A DNA stretch of 5,172 bases. Source: PVC group bacterium. Lineage in GTDB: Bacteria; GCA-001730085; JADFSZ01. Positions 1-5,172 of the stretch are shown here, one piece after another; position 1 is the first letter of the stretch; each line of letters begins with the position of its first letter. The DNA lies in the NCBI GenBank assembly GCA_022560555.1, contig JADFSZ010000128.1, forward strand, positions 1 to 5,172, in the 5' to 3' direction. The notes beneath the pieces were generated by a model. That model was not told the DNA's origin. It did not search any database and worked only from the letters and a program-made list of their open reading frames with translations. The translations under genes and the position numbers were made by a program.

Positions 1-1
1 A

Positions 2-133
2 TTAAGAAAGCCATTTTATGAAGCTGGTATTGAAGGAAAGCTTAGGGTAATTATTAGGCGCAATAAAGAAGAGTGCGTAGCAATTATTGCCGGTAATCAT
101 GACCAAATAGTAAAATTCCTATCAAAATTATAA
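2..133 (+). CDS. 3' end of an unidentified CDS (43 codons plus TAA) that enters from the left edge. The tail resembles RelE/ParE-superfamily toxin C-termini, but this is tentative.
   Basis: Frame 2 is open from the window edge to TAA at 131-133 and reads LRKPFYEAGIEGKLRVIIRRNKEECVAIIAGNHDQIVKFLSKL*. The pattern G-x-x-R-V-I-I, a short polar stretch, a hydrophobic strand (VAIIA) and then G-x-H-D resembles the C-terminal beta-strands of RelE/ParE toxins (compare E. coli RelE ...GYRLVYQVIDEKVVVFVISVGKRE...). The fragment is too short for a firm family call. Confidence 0.4.
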   Translation, partial: LRKPFYEAGIEGKLRVIIRRNKEECVAIIAGNHDQIVKFLSKL

Positions 134-276
134 AATACCTTATTTTTATTTCATAGTACATTGTACGGATTATCCACAGAAAAATTCGCTTTTCTCGACA
201 CTGGTTCACTGATATAATATTCTTATCTAAATCATTCTGCGTAAAATTATCGATGGACATTCTATAGCATAGAACA

Positions 277-327
277 CGCGCTAGATACTATGACCCTCAA
301 TTAGGCCGTTTCATCACTGCAGATCCC
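277..327 (+). pseudogene. Remnant of the RHS / YD-repeat protein core C-terminal motif (R-Y-Y-D-P-x-x-G-R-F-x-x-x-D-P), with no start codon and no upstream YD repeats
   Basis: Frame 1 reads *(265-267) HRT RARYYDPQLGRFITADP TIQHP... This matches the highly conserved end of RHS repeat-associated core domains (typically ..YYxRARYYDPxxGRFxSxDP..). A TAG lies 3 codons upstream, no ATG follows it, and none of the three upstream frames shows YD-repeat character. Downstream, the same frame runs into the antisense of the nrdA 3' end. Confidence 0.6.
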
Positions 328-408
328 ACGATCCAACACCCTTTGTTTTCAGTAATTCACTGCTCAGAAATTATTATCACAGCATCCGCGAGAGTATCAC
401 TTAGTTCG

Positions 409-2763
409 CTAAGATCCGCAGGCCTCGCAGGAATCAGGATCATCCAAGGCACAGGCCATTTCCGAAGACTTTTCTTCGATCGTTTTAACACTATCCAAAA
501 TGCTTTTATCAATGGTAAATTTGATCGCGTCAACCGCGGCCTTGGTTCTTAAATAATACATTCCGGTTTTGAGACCCTTTTTCCAAGCGTAAAAATGCAT
601 GCTCGTCAGCTTAGCAAAATTCGGCTCCTGGATAAAAATATTCATACTTTGGCTTTGATCGATAAAGGCCCCACGATCAGCCGCCATATCAATAATATCC
701 TTCTGTTTAATTTCCCATACTGTTTTATAAAGATTTTTTACATTATCGGGGATTTCTTGAATCTTCTGAACAGATCCGTTTGCGGCAATAATTGTATCCT
801 TCAGTTTCGTATTCCATAAATTGAGACGAATAAGATCATTGACTAAATGAGGATTCACGATGGCAAATTCTCCCGAAAGCACCCGCCGGGTATAAATGTT
901 CGACGTATACGGCTCAAAGCACTCGTTGTTGCCTAAGATCTGGGCCGTTGAGGCTGTGGGCATCGGAGCTAGAAGCAAACTATTCCGGAGGCCATGCGCT
1001 TTAATTTCTTCTTTCAACGTCTTCCAATCCCATCGGGGCGACGGAGTCACACCCCACATGTCATACTGCAGGATCCCTTGGTGCGCGGGAGAGCCCTCGA
1101 ACGAGTCATAAGCCCCATGCTCCTTGGCCAAATCTTTTGAAGCCGTTAAGGCCGCGAAGTAGATGGTCTCGAAAATTTCCCGGTTCATTTTTTTTGCTTC
1201 ATCGCTGTCAAAACCCGCCCGAATAAGAATAAACGCGTCCGCGAGACCCTGCACGCCAATTCCGATCGGCCGATGGCGCATATTCGACTTCTCGGCTTCC
1301 GGCACAGGGTAATAATTCTCATCTATCACACGATTCAAGTTTCGAGTCACAACCTCTGTGATCTCAAAAAGTTTCTGATGATTAAAAATCGCATTTTCCA
1401 CAAAACGAGGCACCGCGATCGAGGCAAGATTACAAACCGCGATTTCATCAGCCGATGTATATTCCATGATTTCTGTACATAAATTACTGGACTTTATGAC
1501 TCCGACATTCTTCTGATTCGATTTTTCGTTACAAGCATCTTTGTAGAGCATATAAGGGGTTCCGGTCTCAATTTGAGATTCAAGGATGGCAAACCAGAGT
1601 TCTTGCGCTTTCACGGTCTTTTTCGCACGTCCTTCCTCTTCATATTTAATGTAGAGTTCTTCAAACGCCTTCCCATAGCAATCCGCCAAACCCGGAGCCT
1701 CGTTGGGACAAAATAGGGACCATTTTTCGTCAGCTTCAACCCGCTTCATAAAAAGGTCAGAAATCCATAAAGCGTAAAAAAGATCCCGCGCCCGGGCTTC
1801 TTCAATTCCATGATTTTTCTTTAAATCAAGAAAATCAAAGATATCCGCGTGCCACGGCTCTAAATAAATCGCAAAGGCGCCTTTCCTTTTACCACCCCCT
1901 TGATCAACATAGCGAGCCGTATTATTAAATACCCTCAGCATGGGAACAATCCCGTTCGATTCTCCGTTGGTGCCCTTAATATAGCTTCCTTTAGCACGGA
2001 TATTGTGAATCGAAAGACCAATGCCTCCCGCAGACTGGGATATTTCCGCGCAGCGTTTGAGGGTTTCATAAATCCCGGGAATACTGTCCTCTTTCATGGT
2101 CAAAAGAAAACAACTGGCCAACTGGGGCTTGGGCGTTCCGGCATTAAAAAGTGTCGGGGTGGCATGCGTAAACCATTTTTCACTCGTCAAATTATATGTC
2201 TCAATACTGGCATCAATATCAGCTTTATGGATCCCCACAGCAACCCGCATCAGCAGATGCTGTGGTCGTTCACAAATCAGACCCTCCATTTTCATAAGGT
2301 AGGAATTTTCCAAGGTTCTAAAAGCAAAATAATTGTAATTGTAGTCACGCGCGTATATGATCGATGAATCCAGGATATCGGCATTTTCCATGATCGTGTT
2401 ATACACATCATCGGCAATAAGAGGGGCACGCTGTCCGGAACGCGGATCCACATAGTTATACATTTTCTCAATGGTCCGGGAAAAAGATTTCTCGGTTTGT
2501 TTGTGAAGATTAGAAATTTCGATACGGGCGGCCAAAATAGCATAATCCTGATGCTTTGTGGACAAGTAAGCAGCTGTTTCCCCTGCTAAGGTGTCTAGCT
2601 CGGATGTGGTGATCCCGTCATAGATACCCTGGATCACCTTCTTGGCGATTTCTACCGGCTCTACGTAGTTCATGTCTAAGCCGTAGCAAAGCTTCTCGAT
2701 TCTTGACGTGATTTTGTCAAACTTGATTATTTCTTTACGACCATCCCGTTTAATAACATACAT
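409..2763 (-). CDS. nrdA: Ribonucleoside-diphosphate reductase large (alpha, R1) subunit, class Ia, eukaryote-like
   Basis: This is a 784-aa ORF. It has an N-terminal ATP-cone ([25 protein letters not shown]) and the redox cysteine in LASCFLL. The active-site loop is [25 protein letters not shown], which carries the Asn, the thiyl-radical Cys, the Glu and the second Cys. The radical-transfer YY pair sits in [10 protein letters not shown], and the C-terminal shuttle pair is CEACGS*. The length matches eukaryotic R1 (about 790 aa), so there is no intein. A Shine-Dalgarno AAGGGA lies 7 nt upstream of the ATG. Confidence 0.97.
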   Translation of the reverse strand: MYVIKRDGRKEIIKFDKITSRIEKLCYGLDMNYVEPVEIAKKVIQGIYDGITTSELDTLAGETAAYLSTKHQDYAILAARIEISNLHKQTEKSFSRTIEKMYNYVDPRSGQRAPLIADDVYNTIMENADILDSSIIYARDYNYNYFAFRTLENSYLMKMEGLICERPQHLLMRVAVGIHKADIDASIETYNLTSEKWFTHATPTLFNAGTPKPQLASCFLLTMKEDSIPGIYETLKRCAEISQSAGGIGLSIHNIRAKGSYIKGTNGESNGIVPMLRVFNNTARYVDQGGGKRKGAFAIYLEPWHADIFDFLDLKKNHGIEEARARDLFYALWISDLFMKRVEADEKWSLFCPNEAPGLADCYGKAFEELYIKYEEEGRAKKTVKAQELWFAILESQIETGTPYMLYKDACNEKSNQKNVGVIKSSNLCTEIMEYTSADEIAVCNLASIAVPRFVENAIFNHQKLFEITEVVTRNLNRVIDENYYPVPEAEKSNMRHRPIGIGVQGLADAFILIRAGFDSDEAKKMNREIFETIYFAALTASKDLAKEHGAYDSFEGSPAHQGILQYDMWGVTPSPRWDWKTLKEEIKAHGLRNSLLLAPMPTASTAQILGNNECFEPYTSNIYTRRVLSGEFAIVNPHLVNDLIRLNLWNTKLKDTIIAANGSVQKIQEIPDNVKNLYKTVWEIKQKDIIDMAADRGAFIDQSQSMNIFIQEPNFAKLTSMHFYAWKKGLKTGMYYLRTKAAVDAIKFTIDKSILDSVKTIEEKSSEMACALDDPDSCEACGS

Positions 2764-2770
2764 AATGCAA

Positions 2771-2776
2771 TCCCTT
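2771..2776 (-). promoter_or_regulatory. Shine-Dalgarno sequence for nrdA (AAGGGA on the minus strand)
   Basis: The minus strand reads ...gtttgAAAGGGAttgcattATG, with a 7-nt spacing to the nrdA ATG at 2763. It sits in the 69-bp nrdB-nrdA spacer, which has no convincing terminator. This is consistent with co-transcription. Confidence 0.5.
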
Positions 2777-2832
2777 TCAAACTTTTCCCATGTTTTTGGA
2801 CATTTTAAAAGACAAAACGACCCCTCTCAACC

Positions 2833-3849
2833 TTAAAACTCCTCATCAATCTTAAATGTCTGCGCTTCTCGATTCGCCCCTTTCGTCATTACGCCGGCCT
2901 TTTGATACTCGCCCACTCTTTTTTCAAAAAAGTTTGTTTTGCCCTGCATCGAGATCAGTTCCATCCAATCAAAAGGATTTTTCGTGTTATACACCTTCGG
3001 ATGACCCAAAGCCTCAAGAAGCCTATCCGCAACAAATTCAATATATTGCTTCATAAGATCGGCATTCATTCCTATCAGATCAACGGGAAGAGCTTCAGAA
3101 ACAAATTCATGCTCATATTCCACAGCTTCACAAATAATACTGCGGAGCGATTCGTCCGAAAGCTTGTTTTTCAAGAGAGAATACAAAAGACAGGCAAAAT
3201 CACAATGCAATCCTTCATCGCGGCTAATCAGTTCATTGGAAAACGTAAATCCCGGCATCAAACCGCGCTTTTTCAGCCAAAAAATGGAGCAAAAGCTTCC
3301 GGAGAAGAAAATCCCCTCTACCGCAGCAAAAGCCACGAGGCGCTCCGCGAACGATTTACTGGATCCGATCCATTTGAGAGCCCATGACGCCTTCTTTTGA
3401 ACACAGGGCACCGTCTCTAACGCGTTAAAGAGCCTGTCGCGTTCTTTGGGGTCCTTGATATAGGTGTCGATGAGAAGACTGTACATCTCAGAGTGAATAT
3501 TCTCAATCGCGATCTGAAATCCATAGAAACACCGGGCTTCAGGGGATTGAACTTCATAGGAAAACCGGTGACATAGGTTTTCATTAACAATTCCGTCACT
3601 CGCGGCAAAAAAAGCCAGCACATGAGAGATAAAATACCGCTCCTTATCATTTAAATTTTCCCAATCCTTCAAATCTTGGGCCAGATCCACTTCCTCGGCG
3701 GTCCAAAAACTCGCTTCGGCTTGTTTGTACATCTGCCAGATCGAATCATACTGAATGGGAAAAAGGACAAAACGCATTTTGTTTTCTTTTAAAAGCGGCT
3801 CTTCCTGTGTCTGATCTGACCCGATTGATTTTTCATCCAAATGCTCCAT
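2833..3849 (-). CDS. nrdB: Ribonucleoside-diphosphate reductase small (beta, R2) subunit, class Ia (tyrosyl-radical type), eukaryote-like
   Basis: This is a 338-aa ORF. The di-iron ligand motifs are FFAASDG (Asp), [10 protein letters not shown] (Glu-x-x-His followed by the radical Tyr four residues later), [12 protein letters not shown] (Glu) and [10 protein letters not shown] (Glu-x-x-His). The C-terminal R1-binding tail is TFKIDEEF*. Similarity to eukaryotic R2 extends upstream of the internal Met25 ([19 protein letters not shown] versus human DEPLLRENPRRFVIFPIEY as I recall it), which supports the ATG at 3849 as the start. A purine-rich tract, AAGGGGAAGAGGA, lies just upstream. Confidence 0.97.
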   Translation of the reverse strand: MEHLDEKSIGSDQTQEEPLLKENKMRFVLFPIQYDSIWQMYKQAEASFWTAEEVDLAQDLKDWENLNDKERYFISHVLAFFAASDGIVNENLCHRFSYEVQSPEARCFYGFQIAIENIHSEMYSLLIDTYIKDPKERDRLFNALETVPCVQKKASWALKWIGSSKSFAERLVAFAAVEGIFFSGSFCSIFWLKKRGLMPGFTFSNELISRDEGLHCDFACLLYSLLKNKLSDESLRSIICEAVEYEHEFVSEALPVDLIGMNADLMKQYIEFVADRLLEALGHPKVYNTKNPFDWMELISMQGKTNFFEKRVGEYQKAGVMTKGANREAQTFKIDEEF

Positions 3850-3996
3850 ATCCTCTTCCCCTTTATCCGTTGGTTGTTGCTATTAACAAAAATCTGATCA
3901 ACTTTTTTCAAAAAACAAAAGACGTTTATGATGAGTATCGCAAGCTTTCCGTCGAGAAAATTCAAAAAGAGATGTCAACTGTCTAGATCTGTTTAA

Positions 3997-4012
3997 CCAC
4001 ACTCTGTAGTGG
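3997..4012 (-). promoter_or_regulatory. Putative NrdR box 1 (promoter-distal, in the nrdB leader)
   Basis: The plus strand reads CCACACTCTGTAGTGG and the minus strand CCACTACAGAGTGTGG. This matches about 11 of 16 positions of the published NrdR-box palindrome acaCwAtATaTwGtgt. It shares 11 of 16 positions (CCACAnnnTGTAGT) with a second copy exactly 32 bp away, and it is flanked by AA/TT, which extends the CCAC/GTGG arms. Confidence 0.6.
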
Positions 4013-4028
4013 TTTGATGACATACATA

Positions 4029-4044
4029 CCACAAAATGTAGTAT
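4029..4044 (-). promoter_or_regulatory. Putative NrdR box 2 (overlaps the -10 hexamer)
   Basis: The plus strand reads CCACAAAATGTAGTAT and the minus strand ATACTACATTTTGTGG. This matches about 12 of 16 positions of the NrdR-box consensus. The start-to-start distance to box 1 is 32 bp, about three helical turns, which is the tandem arrangement described for NrdR operators upstream of nrd operons. Confidence 0.6.
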
Positions 4045-4067
4045 ACGCCATCCCTAGTTTTTGACAA
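4040..4067 (-). promoter_or_regulatory. Sigma70-like promoter for nrdBA: -35 TTGTCA (4067..4062), 16-nt spacer, -10 TATACT (4045..4040)
   Basis: The minus strand reads TTGTCAaaaactagggatggcgTATACT. The -35 matches the consensus at 5 of 6 positions, the -10 at 5 of 6, and the spacer is 16 nt. The predicted transcription start is near 4033, giving a leader of about 180 nt. The -10 overlaps NrdR box 2, which is a classic repression geometry. Confidence 0.5.
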
Positions 4068-4298
4068 TGAAAATCTTGCATTTTTGCAAAATATTTTCGA
4101 ATCTCACCAAAAAATGCCGTTTGGTTTTTCAAAATCACATGGATGCGTTCAACAATGAAGAGTGTAAAATAATCGTTTTTAGATATTTGTCAATAGGGCG
4201 TTTTGGCGCAAAAGGAAGGCTTCAACACAAAAATAAATTTATCACAGAATTATGAAGTCCGGACATAAGAAAAAAAATAATTTCAATATTTTTCCCCA

Positions 4299-4847
4299 TC
4301 AAAACCCGTCAAACAACTTCCACCTCAAAACAATACGCCCCACAATGTATTCTTCCGGAACGGGGCCAAAAGAACGGCTATCTTCGCTATGATTCATGTT
4401 ATCTCCCAAAACAAAATATTCCTTTTCTCTTAAATCCCATGTTTGTTCCGCATAGGATCCGGAAAATGGGCTGCTAGCATAAGCCTCTTTAAAAAGTCTG
4501 TCATTCACCCAAAGTCTATCCCCATCAAATCGAATTCGATCGTGAGGCAATCCTACCACTCGTTTAACAATCAACTCATGATCGCTTATACTGACTACAG
4601 CCACAATATCATTTCTATCCGGCGGTTGAAAATTGTATGCGATCCGATTTATTACATACCTCTCTTGGTCTTTGAGCGTTGGAAGCATGCTGTGTCCAAC
4701 AATATCAACAGTCCCAAGAATAAATTTTGTGATGACAAAGAAAAATATCAAAGACCACAGCGTAATACAGGCCAAAATAGCGGCCTTTCGATTTTCACGC
4801 GGAACATATGTGGAATCATAAAACTTTCGCTTTTTTAACCGTGTCAT
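4299..4847 (-). CDS. lepB: Signal peptidase I (type I leader peptidase, S26 family)
   Basis: All the catalytic boxes are present. GHSMLPTL carries the catalytic Ser. NDIVAV is box C. VKRVVGLPHDRIRF carries the catalytic Lys. VLGDNMNHSEDSRSFGPV is the GDN..S.DSR box. There is one N-terminal transmembrane segment (AAILACITLWSLIFFFVITKFIL) after a Lys/Arg-rich start. I prefer the ATG at 4847 (MTRLKKRKF...), which has GAG 8 nt upstream. The longest ORF instead begins at a GTG at 4868 and adds 7 residues. The stop is TGA at 4299-4301. Confidence 0.9.
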   Translation of the reverse strand: MTRLKKRKFYDSTYVPRENRKAAILACITLWSLIFFFVITKFILGTVDIVGHSMLPTLKDQERYVINRIAYNFQPPDRNDIVAVVSISDHELIVKRVVGLPHDRIRFDGDRLWVNDRLFKEAYASSPFSGSYAEQTWDLREKEYFVLGDNMNHSEDSRSFGPVPEEYIVGRIVLRWKLFDGF

Positions 4848-4899
4848 GAAAATTTCTCTTATGTACACGCGGACAAAACAATGAAAATAAAATACGACT

Positions 4900-5009
4900 T
4901 AACTATAATATTATGAATTCTTAATGTATATTATGAGGACATCTGCCAGACGGGACATCCTTTTAAAGGTACTTGAGATTTAAATAGAAAGATCATAGTA
5001 TTATAGTTA
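4900..5009. repeat. 11-bp inverted repeat, TAACTATAATA (4900-4910) and TATTATAGTTA (4999-5009), bracketing most of the lepB / methylthiotransferase divergent intergenic region
   Basis: The two 11-mers are exact reverse complements. Each arm contains a TATAAT hexamer pointing inward. The enclosed segment also holds direct repeats: ATATTATGA at 4908-4916 and 4928-4936 (20-bp period), and GGACATC at 4937-4943 and 4953-4959 (16-bp period). Confidence 0.5.
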
Positions 5010-5048
5010 GAATAAGTCTACGTTTATTAACTGTACTGAGAGAAAAGG

Positions 5049-5172
5049 ATGCTTCAGGCACAAAATCAAACAAAACACGCCTCCGTTCACACCCTTGGCT
5101 GTCGTCTCAACCAGTCGGAAACAGCCCTGATGGCACGTCAATTAGAGTATTCAGGATACAAGCTCGTTCCGT
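5049..5172 (+). CDS. mtaB: N-terminus of a MiaB/RimO/MtaB-family radical-SAM methylthiotransferase (UPF0004 domain), most like MtaB. The gene runs off the right edge.
   Basis: The ATG at 5049 is preceded by an in-frame TGA at 5037-5039 and by a purine-rich GAGAGAAAAGG. The translation is MLQAQNQTKHASVHTLGCRLNQSETALMARQLEYSGYKLVP... The HTLGC(K/R)(L/V)N.xE....a..l...GY motif is the first Cys of the N-terminal Fe-S cluster domain of methylthiotransferases. The LNQ.E variant resembles MtaB/YqeV (HTLGCKVNHYETEA) more than MiaB (WGCQMNEYDS) or RimO (LGCPKNLVDSE). With only 41 codons visible, the subfamily call is tentative. Confidence 0.7.
   Translation, partial: MLQAQNQTKHASVHTLGCRLNQSETALMARQLEYSGYKLVP

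Noticed and set aside
170-178. Perfect DnaA box TTATCCACA at 170-178, with another TTATACACA at 2399-2407 and TTTTCCACA at 1394-1402
   Set aside because: These are isolated single boxes, two of them inside the nrdA coding sequence. There is no cluster, no AT-rich unwinding element and no dnaA/dnaN context. The box at 170 lies downstream of nrdA, not upstream, so a role for DnaA in regulating nrd is not supported.
343-552. 69-aa plus-strand ORF that continues the RHS-motif frame, which could be an orphan Rhs C-terminal toxin
   Set aside because: It needs a TTG start and has no Shine-Dalgarno site. From 409 onward it is simply the antisense of the strongly conserved nrdA C-terminus, and its sequence (Ser/Leu/Arg/Ile-rich) has no recognisable domain. 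It is most likely a shadow ORF.
595-2543. ORFs inside nrdA: plus strand 595-819, 896-1111, 1273-1482, 1900-2367 (155 aa) and 2096-2302, and minus strand out-of-frame 2292-2543
   Set aside because: All are nested within an ORF that has unambiguous full-length RNR R1 homology. Their translations are low-complexity and motif-free. They are typical shadow frames.
409-2763. Intein or group I intron insertion in the RNR genes, which are common insertion sites
   Set aside because: NrdA (784 aa) and NrdB (338 aa) are collinear with eukaryotic R1 and R2. There are no extra blocks at the usual insertion sites and no frame interruptions.
2856-3650. ORFs inside nrdB: plus strand 2856-3056, 2902-3387 (161 aa) and 3164-3400, and minus strand out-of-frame 3417-3650
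   Set aside because: They are antisense or off-frame shadows of the highly conserved R2 gene, with no start context and no motifs.
3765-3785. KEN tripeptide in the NrdB N-terminus (LLKENKM), which recalls the APC/Cdh1 KEN degron of mammalian R2
   Set aside because: It aligns with the conserved LLREN segment, not with the mammalian degron located further N-terminal. The Arg-to-Lys change creates KEN by chance, and there is no reason to expect APC targeting in a bacterial protein.
2833-3849. Whether NrdB is a class Ic (Chlamydia-type, Mn/Fe, radical Tyr replaced by Phe) protein
   Set aside because: The residue four positions after the E-x-x-H ligand motif is Tyr ([10 protein letters not shown]). 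All six metal ligands are canonical Asp/Glu/His. It is therefore an ordinary tyrosyl-radical class Ia R2.
4061-4255. 64-aa plus-strand ORF (MTMKILHFCKIFSNLTKKCRLVFQ...) in the lepB-nrdB spacer, beginning at a TTGACA
   Set aside because: It has no Shine-Dalgarno site before either the TTG at 4061 or the ATG at 4067. There is no usable -10 at the proper spacing from the plus-strand TTGACA. The Lys/Phe/Asn-rich composition is what AT-rich non-coding DNA would give. It cannot be excluded as a small protein, but the sequence offers no support.
4106-4268. Hairpin-like inverted repeats ACCAAA-n8-TTTGGT (4106-4125), the palindromes TTTTGCAAAA (4082-4091) and GTCCGGAC (4257-4264), and TTATG-n9-CATAA (4250-4268), considered as terminators for lepB
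   Set aside because: The stems are short and AT-rich, and the T-runs are on the wrong side for a minus-strand terminator. The first is followed by T5 only on the plus strand, where there is no upstream gene to terminate.
4443-4838. Plus-strand ORFs of 131 aa and 62 aa antisense to lepB
   Set aside because: They lie entirely within lepB, which carries all the S26 catalytic boxes. Their composition is typical of antisense AT-rich coding sequence.
1-5172. CRISPR arrays, tRNA/rRNA genes, transposase or integrase genes, and terminal inverted repeats of IS elements
   Set aside because: Reading both strands revealed none. There are no regularly spaced repeats of 24 bp or more, no tRNA T-arm signatures, and no unassigned ORF long enough to encode a transposase.

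Overview
This looks like a gene-dense bacterial chromosome segment that is mostly housekeeping. On the minus strand, lepB (signal peptidase I) comes first. A 449-bp AT-rich spacer follows, carrying a sigma70-like promoter overlapped by two NrdR-box-like 16-mers spaced 32 bp apart. Downstream of that is an nrdB->nrdA operon for a class Ia ribonucleotide reductase. From my memory of the human and mouse RRM1/RRM2 sequences, both RNR subunits look strikingly eukaryote-like. On the plus strand, the right edge holds the start of a MiaB/MtaB-family radical-SAM methylthiotransferase gene, divergent from lepB. The left edge holds the last 43 codons of an unidentified gene whose tail resembles RelE/ParE toxins. 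After it comes a startless remnant of the RHS/YD-repeat core end motif (RARYYDPQLGRFITADP), about 80 bp beyond the nrdA stop codon. I found no tRNA or rRNA gene, CRISPR array, transposase, intein or intron. I see no convincing complete novel system here. The items most worth a second look are the eukaryote-type RNR apparently under bacterial NrdR control, the RHS relic plus possible toxin tail that suggest a decayed accessory boundary on the left, and a small near-copy of the nrdA start inside the nrd operator. All homology statements are by-eye motif recognition and need database confirmation.
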